Position numbers and translations under genes: made by a program. Source: a virus (taxonomy: Duplodnaviria > Caudoviricetes). From it: 25,180 nucleotides of DNA. Location: positions 1 through 25,180 of IMG/VR virus record IMGVR_UViG_3300031668_000007; one strand, written 5' to 3'. The notes under the pieces were generated by a model. It was given only the letters and a program-made list of their open reading frames with translations. It was not told the origin of the DNA and did no database searches. How positions within the stretch are numbered: the stretch's first letter is position 1; each line of letters opens with the position of its first letter. Below are positions 8,650 to 16,547 of the stretch, piece after piece.

Positions 8650-9177
8650 TTACTTGGGGCTTGCGCCTGCGCGCGTGCCCCGCCGACCGGCTGCCCTGCG
8701 ACCGGTGGTCGCGCTGGGCTGCGCCTTGGTGGAGGCAGCCCCACGACGACCGCTGGTGCCCGACGGCTGCGCCTTGGCAGACGCAGCGCCGCGCCGACCG
8801 GAGCCACCCGTCTTCTTGACCGTGGTGACACCGTCGAACTGCCGACCGCGAGCGGTCAGGTTGCTGGGGGCAGCACCGTTGCCGGCCTGCTCGTACAGCC
8901 GCCTGGCCTCGCCGACCGAGATCCCCGCGTATGCGGCGATCCGCGGCCAGCGGAGGTTGCCCTTCTGTGCGGCGTTGTAGATCGCCTTGGGCGTTGCCGC
9001 GATCTTCAGGCTGGGGTCGGCGACCACCTCGGCACGCCAAAGCGTCTTGCCGATGATGCCCATGTCGATGTTGGCCTGCTCGGAGTACCAGCGCTCGGAG
9101 TTACCGGGCGACTTCTTGAGCAGAGTCACGAGCTTGTCGAACTGGGCCTTGGTGGCCTCTCTTCCTTCACGTGGCAT
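8650..9177 (-). CDS. putative DNA-binding protein (HTH-like, basic low-complexity tail)
   Basis: LRWPRIAAYAGISVGEARRLYEQAG helix-turn-helix pattern; tail of repeated GRRGAAS.KAQPS units; AAGGGAG RBS. Confidence 0.7.
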   Translation of the reverse strand: MPREGREATKAQFDKLVTLLKKSPGNSERWYSEQANIDMGIIGKTLWRAEVVADPSLKIAATPKAIYNAAQKGNLRWPRIAAYAGISVGEARRLYEQAGNGAAPSNLTARGRQFDGVTTVKKTGGSGRRGAASAKAQPSGTSGRRGAASTKAQPSATTGRRAAGRRGTRAGASPK

Positions 9178-9229
9178 TTCTCGCTCCCTTCGGTGGTAGT
9201 GTCTTACTCGGTGAATCAGGTACCAGAGA

Positions 9230-9259
9230 ATGATACCTGAAGGGACAGCCGTTGGCTAG
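9230..9259 (-). promoter_or_regulatory. candidate phage promoter CTAGC-N17-GG-TATCAT
   Basis: Matches the four-copy consensus with identical spacing; upstream of 9177. Confidence 0.6.
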
Positions 9260-9264
9260 TCCCT

Positions 9265-9355
9265 AGAGCAACTGATTTCAGCGGCTCCTAAGTGCGCTCT
9301 ATGGGCCCAGGGAGGACCACCCAGAGCGCACTTAGCAGCCGCCGAACGGCTGCTA
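9265..9355 (-). ncRNA. hairpin element copy 13, candidate antisense (anti-RBS) small RNA
   Basis: 20-bp stem 9281-9300/9323-9342, perfect except for the family G.G mismatch; loop region GGGUGGUCCUCCCUGGGCCCAU contains CCUCCCUGG, the complement of the repeated CCAGGGAGG. Function inferred. Confidence 0.6.
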
Positions 9356-9360
9356 CAGCC

Positions 9361-9555
9361 TCAGGATGACATGGCACCTTCATCGATCAGGGCCCACGTC
9401 AGCCTGTTGCTGACACGCTCGCTGAGGACGGTGACGGTGAACGGTAGCTTGTCCTCCATCATCTTCTTGCAGACCTCAACGTCTTCCTCGGTGGCCGGAT
9501 CCTTCGGGCCACCAACCGCTACGACGATGTACCGGATACCGATGATGTCACTCAT
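9361..9555 (-). CDS. hypothetical protein (64 aa)
   Basis: Start moved to ATG 9555 after GAGGAG: MSDIIGIRYIVVAVGG... Confidence 0.7.
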   Translation of the reverse strand: MSDIIGIRYIVVAVGGPKDPATEEDVEVCKKMMEDKLPFTVTVLSERVSNRLTWALIDEGAMSS

Positions 9556-10258
9556 CGTTGAACTCCTCGTCTGGGTCTTCACCGCGCGCCAGGATCTCCT
9601 GACGCTTGGACTTGACTTCCGACGACCACTCGTCGCCGCCGAACATGCGGCCACCACAGATGGGGCCGATGCCGAGCTCACGACTGATGCGGTTCGTCAG
9701 ACGCCGACCACAGTTGGAGCACGAACCGATCTCCATACCGTAGCGGATCGCACACTCTCGGATGCCTGACTTGACGATCATCTTCGCGATCTTGATCTGC
9801 GCGTCGATCGGCAGCTTCGCCTCGCTGGGTCCGAACATGACGTAGATGCGCTTGGCAGCCTTGTCACGACTTTCCCAGCACTGGTAGAAGCGGAGCTCAT
9901 TGTCTTCAAGCTCCGTACCGGCTTTGGGCAGAGCGTAGCGACCCGGCGGCAATCCGGAGAGAGCCGTGCTGGTCTCTACGCCATCGCTGATGACCGTTTC
10001 CCGTGGCCTGTTCGGCAACGGGATCATCAGGTCAAGCATCCTGCGTGCCTTCTCGAAGGAGAGCCTGGTCGTGTCCTCCTGCCAGAACTCATCGGGTTGC
10101 ACGAGTGCGTCCCGTTGCTCTTGACTGAGTGACGCCAGGTCCTTCTTCTGGCTGAGATCACGGATGTAGTTCAGCTGTTTCTGGCTCGCCCTGCGCTCGC
10201 CGGTAGTGGTCTGCGCATCTTGAGCCCACGCTGGAACCGTGTCTCGTTGTACGGTCAT
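9548..10258 (-). CDS. DUF6011-like zinc-finger protein
   Basis: C-terminal CSNCGRRLTNRISRELGIGPIC; N-terminal ASQKQLNYIRDL motif; CCAGGGAGG RBS. Confidence 0.8.
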   Translation of the reverse strand: MTVQRDTVPAWAQDAQTTTGERRASQKQLNYIRDLSQKKDLASLSQEQRDALVQPDEFWQEDTTRLSFEKARRMLDLMIPLPNRPRETVISDGVETSTALSGLPPGRYALPKAGTELEDNELRFYQCWESRDKAAKRIYVMFGPSEAKLPIDAQIKIAKMIVKSGIRECAIRYGMEIGSCSNCGRRLTNRISRELGIGPICGGRMFGGDEWSSEVKSKRQEILARGEDPDEEFNDE

Positions 10259-10281
10259 ATAGCCTCCCTGGTAGCTGGAGT

Positions 10282-10341
10282 GGAGTTTACCTGAAACTCC
10301 GGGTCGGCGCTAGTCCCCTAGCGCCACCCGCAGGCTCAGGT
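10282..10341 (-). repeat. G.G-mismatch hairpin element, copy 12
   Basis: ACCUGAGC-CUG.CGGGU-GGCGCUAG-GGGA-CUAGCGCC-(G)-ACCCG.GAG-UUUCAGGU; alternative GGAGUUU-CAGGU-AAACUCC. Confidence 0.85.
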
Positions 10342-10596
10342 CTTCTCGAGCTTGTAGTACGACACGTCCTCGGGAATGTACACGAGGATCTTGCACTCGT
10401 GCCGAGTCGGCGTTGGGATCTGCCGCAGGGCGAGCCATGCATCACTCGCCGTTGGGAAGATCGCTGTCTTCTCGGGATCGTCCCGCATGCCAGACGTGGA
10501 GAAGCGTGCCTTGACGTCGCCGTTGAAGTCGTGCTCCAACGAGCGAAGTGTGCCACGCCTGGGGTGCTCGATGATGAACTCGTTATGCCTTCTCAC
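10336..10596 (-). CDS. hypothetical protein
   Basis: Likely GTG start at 10596 overlapping the upstream gene end: MRRHNEFIIEHPRRG... Confidence 0.65.
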   Translation of the reverse strand: MRRHNEFIIEHPRRGTLRSLEHDFNGDVKARFSTSGMRDDPEKTAIFPTASDAWLALRQIPTPTRHECKILVYIPEDVSYYKLEKT

Positions 10597-10810
10597 GGAG
10601 CACCCCGTTGTCCTTGAGCATCTGCTCGAACTGAGCGACGACGCTCTCATTGTTGCCCTTGAAGCCGTATGTCCGCTTCACGTGGGCGATGACGCTGCGA
10701 CCGCTGCTGTGTTGCAGACCCTTCAGCTGAAGCCGACATGCGCTCAATTGCGCGAGCATGTGGAAAGCCGCAATGCCATCCGGTGTGTCGATCACGATGG
10801 TCTTGTCCAT
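10583..10810 (-). CDS. hypothetical protein
   Basis: 75 aa; CCAGGGAGGT RBS at 10816-10825. Confidence 0.8.
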   Translation of the reverse strand: MDKTIVIDTPDGIAAFHMLAQLSACRLQLKGLQHSSGRSVIAHVKRTYGFKGNNESVVAQFEQMLKDNGVLREKA

Positions 10811-10829
10811 GTTTCACCTCCCTGGTTAT

Positions 10830-10884
10830 AGTACGTCGCCTGACGTACCAGGATGCCGCTCAGCGAGCGGCTCCTGCTGCGTCA
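10830..10884 (-). repeat. G.G-mismatch hairpin element, copy 11
   Basis: UGACG-CAG.CAGGA-GCCGCUC-GCU-GAGCGGC-(A)-UCCUG.GUA-CGUCA; alternative GUACGUC-AGGC-GACGUAC. Confidence 0.85.
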
Positions 10885-11133
10885 TACGCTACTTCGCAGC
10901 TTGTTGTTGTACCCGACACTGTACAGCGGTAGACGGCTGCCGTCGGCAGGAACAGCGATGATCCACTGCTCCTTCACCTTGACATGCGTGCCGTCCTTCT
11001 TGTGCACGATCGGGTGGTGCACCTGAAGCGTCAGGCTGAAGAGCCGGTCGTCTACGACAACCTGCTTCTTGCCTGTCCGCCAGGCGTTGACGATGGTCTG
11101 CTGCGGGGTGAGCACCTTGTCACTCTTCGCCAT
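10882..11133 (-). CDS. hypothetical protein
   Basis: 83 aa; GAGGAG RBS; overlaps the upstream gene end. Confidence 0.75.
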   Translation of the reverse strand: MAKSDKVLTPQQTIVNAWRTGKKQVVVDDRLFSLTLQVHHPIVHKKDGTHVKVKEQWIIAVPADGSRLPLYSVGYNNKLRSSV

Positions 11134-11380
11134 AGTTCATCTCCTCTTCTTCTTGAACGCGGAAGAAAAGGCTGCGGCCTGTGATGCCGGTGTTGACGTA
11201 TTCGTCCCACAGCAGCTGGGCGTTTTCCGGATCGGCGAAGAGGCTGTGCTTGTCCCGCACAGTCTCGCCTGGTACCCGCTCTTCGAACTGCAGCCTTACC
11301 TGTCCGCTCTTTTGCGGATACCACCGAACCCGACGCGTCCAACCTGGACGCTCGTCCTGCCATGCCTTGAGCCAGGCCAT
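11120..11380 (-). CDS. hypothetical protein
   Basis: 86 aa; starts 2 nt after the upstream stop. Confidence 0.7.
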   Translation of the reverse strand: MAWLKAWQDERPGWTRRVRWYPQKSGQVRLQFEERVPGETVRDKHSLFADPENAQLLWDEYVNTGITGRSLFFRVQEEEEMNYGEE

Positions 11381-11381
11381 G

Positions 11382-11645
11382 TTAGCCCTGCCTCATGACC
11401 TGCACATCGCGCACGCGCCAACCGAAGGAAGTCCACCGTGCATCGGTGGGCTCCTGTAGTCCCGTCATGCTGATGCTGCGCTGCTCGCGCTGTCGTTCCC
11501 GACTGAACGGAGCGATGTTGACAATCTCGGTCTCGTAGGTCGGCCAACAGCGGTCGTAGCGAAGCATGTCGAACGGGAACTCCATCGTCCCTTCGACGAT
11601 GAACCGGAACAACGTGTTGATCTGGTTCGCCTTGTGCTTTGGCAT
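11382..11645 (-). CDS. hypothetical phage protein (FPFDMLRYDRCWP...RWTSFGW)
   Basis: Start moved to ATG 11645 after CCAGGGAGGT; 87 aa. Confidence 0.8.
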   Translation of the reverse strand: MPKHKANQINTLFRFIVEGTMEFPFDMLRYDRCWPTYETEIVNIAPFSRERQREQRSISMTGLQEPTDARWTSFGWRVRDVQVMRQG

Positions 11646-11667
11646 TTTCACCTCCCTGGTTGCTACT

Positions 11668-11723
11668 GGTACTCGGCTGAGCACCGGCCAGCCCACCATC
11701 TCTGGTGGGCAGCCGCTGATCAG
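11668..11723 (-). repeat. G.G-mismatch hairpin element, copy 10
   Basis: CUGAU-CAG.CGGCU-GCCCACCA-GAGA-UGGUGGGC-(U)-GGCCG.GUG-CUCAG; alternative GGUGCUC-AGCC-GAGUACC. Confidence 0.85.
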
Positions 11724-11899
11724 ATCCGTCGGATCGTGTCCTCGCCGGGGATGATACCCAGGCTCGAACCGTTGTCCCACTTGACGTGGATCGTGCCAAG
11801 CGAGTCGATGAGCGTGATCGTGCCCTTGTCTCCGGGCTTGAGGCTGGTGTACGTGTCGCTCGTGAACACCAACTCCACCCGGTCGCCGACGCTGAACAT
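11720..11899 (-). CDS. DUF4314-like protein
   Basis: MFSVGDRVELV...LKPGDKGTITLIDSLGTIHVKWDNGSSLGIIPGED; TGATG overlap at 11899. Confidence 0.85.
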   Translation of the reverse strand: MFSVGDRVELVFTSDTYTSLKPGDKGTITLIDSLGTIHVKWDNGSSLGIIPGEDTIRRI

Positions 11900-12699
11900 C
11901 AGTCGGCGTCGAACGTGCTGAAGAACAGGGGCTTGAGTCCGAAGAACTTCTCGGTCTCGGCAGGGACACGCTTCCAGCCACGCTCTCCGTAGTTCATCTG
12001 GATGACGTAGCCAGTCCCGAATCCACTCGGCGTCCATGTGAACCGCCGATGGCCGCTGAGCGTCTTGACGATCTCTTCCTTGCGCTCAGGCGTGACCATG
12101 AACGGCAGACCCGGAACCTGCTCAGAGCGCGAGATGCGCTCGATTGCCTCCGGGATCTTGACCTCGATGAACCGCTTGATCTTCGCGTTGGTCTGCTCGA
12201 TCTCGTCGGCCCTGACGATGCCGTGGCTCTTGAGACGCCGCTTGGTGTACTTCACCGTGCCGCTTCTCGAGTCGTCCCACTTGATGACGAACTCGTCGAC
12301 GAACGTGCGAGCCTCTCCCCAGCCTTTCCAACCGGCTGAGGATTCGACCGTGCCGAAGCCACCGTTGTGGTAGACGCGGTCGTGCTCGTGCAGCGGGATC
12401 TCGCCGCCCCATCTGGCAGGGTTCTCGATGTAGAAGGAGTCTTCCACACCGTACCTGTCGAATGAGCGACGACCCGCTGGCGAATCGAAGCTGACGTGCC
12501 CACTGGCGAGCGAGTAGCTGTCAGATACACCGTCGAACACGATGAGGATCTCGACGCCAGGCCCCACGAGCTTCAGACACTTCGTGGCAGGATGCCATTG
12601 TGTCTTCGGCTCGGTGTAGACCTCGCGCGTGAACCCATCGGGTGTGACGATGCCCTTCAGCATCTTCGCAACCGTAGGCACAGCGAGTGTCTTGGTCAT
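11899..12699 (-). CDS. hypothetical protein (266 aa)
   Basis: Start moved to ATG 12699 after CCAGGGAGGT (12707-12716). Confidence 0.8.
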   Translation of the reverse strand: MTKTLAVPTVAKMLKGIVTPDGFTREVYTEPKTQWHPATKCLKLVGPGVEILIVFDGVSDSYSLASGHVSFDSPAGRRSFDRYGVEDSFYIENPARWGGEIPLHEHDRVYHNGGFGTVESSAGWKGWGEARTFVDEFVIKWDDSRSGTVKYTKRRLKSHGIVRADEIEQTNAKIKRFIEVKIPEAIERISRSEQVPGLPFMVTPERKEEIVKTLSGHRRFTWTPSGFGTGYVIQMNYGERGWKRVPAETEKFFGLKPLFFSTFDAD

Positions 12700-12726
12700 A
12701 GACCAAACCTCCCTGGTAGCTGTTGC

Positions 12727-12786
12727 GGTACTCGGCTGAGTACCAGCGCGCCCACCCCGGAGGGTGAGCCGCTGCTGCTCAGTACC
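12727..12786 (-). repeat. G.G-mismatch hairpin element, copy 9
   Basis: CUGAG-CAG.CAGCG-GCUCACCC-UCCG-GGGUGGGC-(G)-CGCUG.GUA-CUCAG; alternative GGUACUC-AGCC-GAGUACC. Confidence 0.85.
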
Positions 12787-13009
12787 AGTCACGCTTTGGT
12801 ACGTGTTGCCAGATCATCTCGTCTAGCTCACCTTGGAGACGATCCTTGTTGATGGGCACTTCGCTGACGCGAAGGAAGAACAGCACGTCCTTTGTCAGCT
12901 GTGCCCTTGTCTTGCCCGGGACGTACACGTGATCGGGTGCTTTCTTTGTCACCTTCACGATCACGTGGCCGTCGTCAGACAATGACAGGCTGTACGAGAT
13001 CCTAGCCAT
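12779..13009 (-). CDS. hypothetical protein (76 aa)
   Basis: Start moved to ATG 13009 (MARISYSLSLSDDGHV...), overlapping the upstream stop. Confidence 0.7.
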   Translation of the reverse strand: MARISYSLSLSDDGHVIVKVTKKAPDHVYVPGKTRAQLTKDVLFFLRVSEVPINKDRLQGELDEMIWQHVPKRDWY

Positions 13010-13331
13010 GCTTCTCGATGCGTTCGACCTCATACGAGGCGACAAGGTATTCGTCCTCATACTTGGAGTCATCGGACATGCCGTAGGCATACCAGTGACC
13101 CTTGAAGCCAGCGATGTCATTCATGTCTTGCTGGCCCCAAGCATCCTCACCCATCGGGTCCCACGACTCACCGAGGTTGTCTCGGGTAATCGTGACGATG
13201 AGCTTGTTCGGCATGTCCTCGGTTGTGCCCATCTTCCTGAGGTACATGATGTCACCCTGTTCAGGCTTCGGCAGATCGTCGCCGGGCATGAACGGGTTTC
13301 TGGTGTCGTCTTCGAACGGAAGATCTGACAT
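13002..13331 (-). CDS. acidic hypothetical protein
   Basis: 109 aa; TGATG overlap with the upstream gene. Confidence 0.75.
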   Translation of the reverse strand: MSDLPFEDDTRNPFMPGDDLPKPEQGDIMYLRKMGTTEDMPNKLIVTITRDNLGESWDPMGEDAWGQQDMNDIAGFKGHWYAYGMSDDSKYEDEYLVASYEVERIEKHG

Positions 13332-13654
13332 CAGTACTCGCTCAGCGCGGCTTCACCGCCGCAGTTCTTGCAGCGGAAGTACGTGGTCATGCCACCGTAG
13401 GTGTCGACCTCGTGCTTTCCGTGCTTGAAGTCTGACGGGTGCGGACACTCGTCGTGTTGCATCATGAAGTCCTCGACTTGTGGACCAGATCCGTAGCACA
13501 CATCCTTCTTCGTGTGCGTGATCTGTTCCACCATGTTCTCGGGTTTCATGCTGACCCAGCATCCGCAGAACGAGCAATGTAGCAGATACTGCCACGGCTC
13601 GTCTGGCAGACGCCAGTCAGGCTCGCGAGTGACCCATGCGTCATATCCACGCAT
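13331..13654 (-). CDS. putative zinc-binding protein
   Basis: Start moved to ATG 13654 after CCAGGGAGGT; CSFC and CKNC pairs. Confidence 0.75.
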   Translation of the reverse strand: MRGYDAWVTREPDWRLPDEPWQYLLHCSFCGCWVSMKPENMVEQITHTKKDVCYGSGPQVEDFMMQHDECPHPSDFKHGKHEVDTYGGMTTYFRCKNCGGEAALSEY

Positions 13655-13685
13655 GTGACCTCCCTGGTTGCTTGTATGGTGGTAC

Positions 13686-13733
13686 GGAGCATGAGCTCCA
13701 GCCGTGCCCCAGCAGGGCACAGCTGCAGATCAC
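13686..13733 (-). repeat. G.G-mismatch hairpin element, copy 8
   Basis: GUGAU-CUG.CAGCU-GUGCCC-UGCUG-GGGCAC-GGCUG.GAG-CUCAU; alternative GGAGC-UCAU-GCUCC. Confidence 0.8.
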
Positions 13734-14725
13734 GAGTTGAGCTTGCCTGGCGTGCGCAGCTTCGGGTCGTTGCTCACGATGCGAGCGTCGCGACCCTTGT
13801 CCTGTCCCGAGCCGTAGGCAGCATAGTTCGTCCTGCGACCCTCGCGGTACTTGACAGGCTTCCGCTTCTCGGTGCACTGCTTGCACTTGCAGTCCGGCTC
13901 GTGCGGCTTCAGGTCTGGGAAGTCTGCCCAGAGCGCGTCGCGCGCCTGATCGCGGATGTCCCGGATGACCAGAGCCGTGCTGTTCTCCTCGCCGGTGCCG
14001 CCAGACCGCATGGCGGTCAGGTCGTGCAGCCGACGACGGATCATCGACGTGAATCCCTCGACGTAGCTGATCTGCCACTCGTCGGGATGCACAGCGACGA
14101 CGTCGCGTGTGGTCTTGCCGATGCTCTTGAGGTACTTCTTGTACTCTCGGAGCATGATCCCGTTGTTGCTGACCTTGCCGTACACGTCGGTCGTGCTCCA
14201 CTCGGGATGGCCACACCAGACTGCGACATCCTTGTACTTCATGCCGGCTTCCTTCGCCCGCATGATGTTGTGGCCCAGCGAGAGGCTGGGGTCGTACACA
14301 GGCTTGATGTGCTCGACCATCTGCAGGAGCAGATCGGTGAACAGCATGTCCATGTACGAGAGGTCGCTCTCCATGCCGTACACAGCAGCCGTCTTCTTGG
14401 TGTAGTCCCAAGTGGCGAACGTGCTGTAGCAGCGGCAGAAGTTCACGCACGCGTCCCACAGCCACGCGATGTTGTTTCTCGCATCGATGTGGACGCCGTC
14501 GCGCAACTGCGACCACCACGAGATGTCGATGTCCCTGCGGACGACCAACCGAGCGTTCTTGTCGACGTTCAGCATCAGCATGGCCTGGTCGATGGCATAC
14601 TTCTCCATCAGATTGTCGGCCGCGCGAAGGAACGACTCCTTCTCGGCAGGGTACTCGGTGCTGTTCGCCTTGGCGATCAGACCGCGTACTTTCCGCAGGA
14701 TGTCCTCGTGCTGTTTCTCAGTCAC
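13730..14725 (-). CDS. DUF2786-domain protein
   Basis: N-terminal ILRKVRGLIAKANSTEYPAEKESFLRAADNLMEKYAID; C-terminal AYGSGQDKGRDARI; CCAGGGAGG RBS. Confidence 0.85.
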   Translation of the reverse strand: MTEKQHEDILRKVRGLIAKANSTEYPAEKESFLRAADNLMEKYAIDQAMLMLNVDKNARLVVRRDIDISWWSQLRDGVHIDARNNIAWLWDACVNFCRCYSTFATWDYTKKTAAVYGMESDLSYMDMLFTDLLLQMVEHIKPVYDPSLSLGHNIMRAKEAGMKYKDVAVWCGHPEWSTTDVYGKVSNNGIMLREYKKYLKSIGKTTRDVVAVHPDEWQISYVEGFTSMIRRRLHDLTAMRSGGTGEENSTALVIRDIRDQARDALWADFPDLKPHEPDCKCKQCTEKRKPVKYREGRRTNYAAYGSGQDKGRDARIVSNDPKLRTPGKLNS

Positions 14726-14761
14726 GATTTCCTCCCTGGTTTGCTTGGTAGTGTCTTACGT

Positions 14762-14819
14762 GGCGTGTCTAGCACACCGGGAAGTCTACCGCTTCCGGTA
14801 GACTCCCGCTAGGCTAGAC
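14762..14819 (-). repeat. G.G-mismatch hairpin element, copy 7
   Basis: GUCUAGCC-UAG.CGGGA-GUCUACCG-GAAG-CGGUAGAC-(U)-UCCCG.GUG-UGCUAGAC; alternative GGUGUG-CUAGA-CACGCC. Confidence 0.85.
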
Positions 14820-14999
14820 CTCGTCTTGAGGCCAGTAGTCCAGCGATCTGATGAACCAGCAGATCAGTCGTGCCTGCCACCTGTACTTCACGATCTTCAG
14901 TGGCCTGCCGTGGTACGGATCGAAGATCTCGTAACCCTTGGTGGGTGACAGAGCCCTCATCAGCACCACGATCTGCTGGATCTCCTTCGACGCCGGCAT
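14814..14999 (-). CDS. hypothetical protein (61 aa)
   Basis: Start moved to ATG 14999 (TGATG overlap): MPASKEIQQIVVLMR... Confidence 0.65.
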   Translation of the reverse strand: MPASKEIQQIVVLMRALSPTKGYEIFDPYHGRPLKIVKYRWQARLICWFIRSLDYWPQDEV

Positions 15000-15346
15000 C
15001 AGATGAGCAGGTACTCGGGACCGTACACCATCATCGCGTTGATGCGCGCGACGCGGCGTGCGATCATCTGACACTTGACGTGCCGAGTCAGCGTGGCCCA
15101 GTCAGGCTCGCTGTTCTCGATGTACGACGCGCACTGGTCCCAGAGTTCCTTGATGAACCAGCTGTCCTCGCGCTCGATCACGTCCGTCCAGCCGTAGGTG
15201 GGTGCGCCGGTGTTGCGATACAGGCGACCCTCCTCCTGCTGAAGTGCCTCCCACTCGTCTTCGAGCGGGATGCTCAGCTTCGGCAGAGGACTCAGATCGA
15301 GCACGATCTTGTCGTAGTTGAACTCGATCTTGATGTGTTTCTCCAC
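14999..15346 (-). CDS. hypothetical protein (115 aa)
   Basis: Start moved to GTG 15346 after CCAGGGAGGT. Confidence 0.75.
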   Translation of the reverse strand: MEKHIKIEFNYDKIVLDLSPLPKLSIPLEDEWEALQQEEGRLYRNTGAPTYGWTDVIEREDSWFIKELWDQCASYIENSEPDWATLTRHVKCQMIARRVARINAMMVYGPEYLLI

Positions 15347-15368
15347 ATCAACCTCCCTGGTTATTTGT

Positions 15369-15431
15369 TGGTGAACCGATTGGCACACCAGGAAGCCTAC
15401 CCGATTGCTCGGGTAAGCTCCTGCTATGTCA
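15369..15431 (-). repeat. G.G-mismatch hairpin element, copy 6
   Basis: UGACA-UAG.CAGGA-GCUUACCCGA-GCAA-UCGGGUAGGC-(U)-UCCUG.GUG-UGCCA; alternative UGGUGUGCC-AAUC-GGUUCACCA. Confidence 0.85.
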
Positions 15432-15671
15432 CTCGCGATGACCGTCAGGGAACACGATCGCGTAGATGCGACCGTCCTGTGTCACCGTGATGCCGTCACG
15501 CTCGGCAGCACAGTTCGGACCGATGTACACGCTGTACCTGATCGTGACCTCGAAGTCCGCTGTGAACTTGGCCTCGTTCACGCATGCGATCAGGAAGTCC
15601 TTGTGCTCTTCCGTGATCGTGTTCATGGGGCTGTACTTACCGCGCAGCCCACGCACGTGAACGGTGCTCAT
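15429..15671 (-). CDS. hypothetical protein (80 aa)
   Basis: Start moved to ATG 15671 (ATGA overlap); alternative start at 15626. Confidence 0.65.
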   Translation of the reverse strand: MSTVHVRGLRGKYSPMNTITEEHKDFLIACVNEAKFTADFEVTIRYSVYIGPNCAAERDGITVTQDGRIYAIVFPDGHRE

Positions 15672-15859
15672 GCCTTGCGGCTGTGCTTGGTGTTGTCGTC
15701 CATCCACTTCGGCAGGCTCGACGTCTTGATGGCAGAGTCGACCTCCTTCTTGAGCTCCTTCAGCTGTGCCAGCGTCAGGTTGCCCTGCAGGATGAACGCA
15801 CCGTCCTCGGTACCGAACAGGTTGTAGTTCCCTGAATCGGTCCTGATGACTGTGACCAT
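15668..15859 (-). CDS. hypothetical protein
   Basis: 63 aa; CCAGGGAGGT RBS. Confidence 0.8.
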   Translation of the reverse strand: MVTVIRTDSGNYNLFGTEDGAFILQGNLTLAQLKELKKEVDSAIKTSSLPKWMDDNTKHSRKA

Positions 15860-15883
15860 TCTTACCTCCCTGGTTTGCTTGCT

Positions 15884-15932
15884 GGAGCGTATGCTCCGAA
15901 CCTGCCCCGGTAGGGCAGATTCGCAACATCGC
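15884..15932 (-). repeat. G.G-mismatch hairpin element, copy 5
   Basis: GCGAUG-UUG.CGAAUCUGCCC-UACCG-GGGCAGGUUCG.GAG-CAUACGC; alternative GGAGC-AUAC-GCUCC. Confidence 0.8.
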
Positions 15933-15937
15933 TGCTG

Positions 15938-16144
15938 CTAGACGACGTTGACTTCGAAGTCGAAGTCCTTACCTGCCGAGCCGTCAAGCGGGCAGGTGCT
16001 GACGGTGCACTGCACGTCCGGACGTGTTTCGTCGAACCGGATCGTGACGGTCATGAACATCTCACCGTCAGATCGGAAGACGTACACGTAGTCGTCGGCG
16101 GTGTCAAGTGGTACGTGAATTGATTCCACGTGCTTGCGTGTCAT
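15938..16144 (-). CDS. hypothetical protein
   Basis: 68 aa; ATGA overlap with the upstream gene. Confidence 0.7.
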   Translation of the reverse strand: MTRKHVESIHVPLDTADDYVYVFRSDGEMFMTVTIRFDETRPDVQCTVSTCPLDGSAGKDFDFEVNVV

Positions 16145-16470
16145 CGCTTCACCTTGAGGTACACCGTGCGATAGCCGGTGCGAGGTTCGGCATCAGGCGG
16201 ATCAACGAACGACTTGTAGTCGTATGGCACGTTGACCTGCATGAAGCCGTGTGTCAGCAGGAAGTCGCGACGCTTGGCGGTTATTCTGCCAGACGTCCAC
16301 GTGGTCCCGCTACCGGGCACCGGACATGGCGGCCTGCCGTCAATGTGGTACCGACGGTTACAGGCTGGGTTCACGTAGGGCCACCCGCGCTTTGCGAACT
16401 CAGTCGCGGTTACGGGCACGCCCTGGTCGAGCAACTCTTGGCAGAGTTCCTCGAACGTGGGTTTTGCCAT
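16141..16470 (-). CDS. hypothetical protein
   Basis: 109 aa; CCAGGGAGGT RBS. Confidence 0.8.
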   Translation of the reverse strand: MAKPTFEELCQELLDQGVPVTATEFAKRGWPYVNPACNRRYHIDGRPPCPVPGSGTTWTSGRITAKRRDFLLTHGFMQVNVPYDYKSFVDPPDAEPRTGYRTVYLKVKR

Positions 16471-16487
16471 TCTTACCTCCCTGGTTA

Positions 16488-16547
16488 GATGCGCCTTTAT
16501 GGCACACCGAGAAGCTTACCCGTTTGGGGTAAGCTCCCGCTATGTCA
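16488..16547 (-). repeat. G.G-mismatch hairpin element, copy 4
   Basis: UGACA-UAG.CGGGA-GCUUACCC-CAAAC-GGGUAAGC-(U)-UCUCG.GUG-UGCCA; alternative GGUGUGCC-AUAAA-GGCGCAUC. Confidence 0.85.

Noticed and set aside
13655-14812. 385-aa + strand ORF and the other long antisense or alternative-frame ORFs (e.g. 20378..21442, 21753..22580, 13641..14519)
   Set aside because: Shadow frames of well-supported genes in GC-rich DNA; no motifs or RBS.
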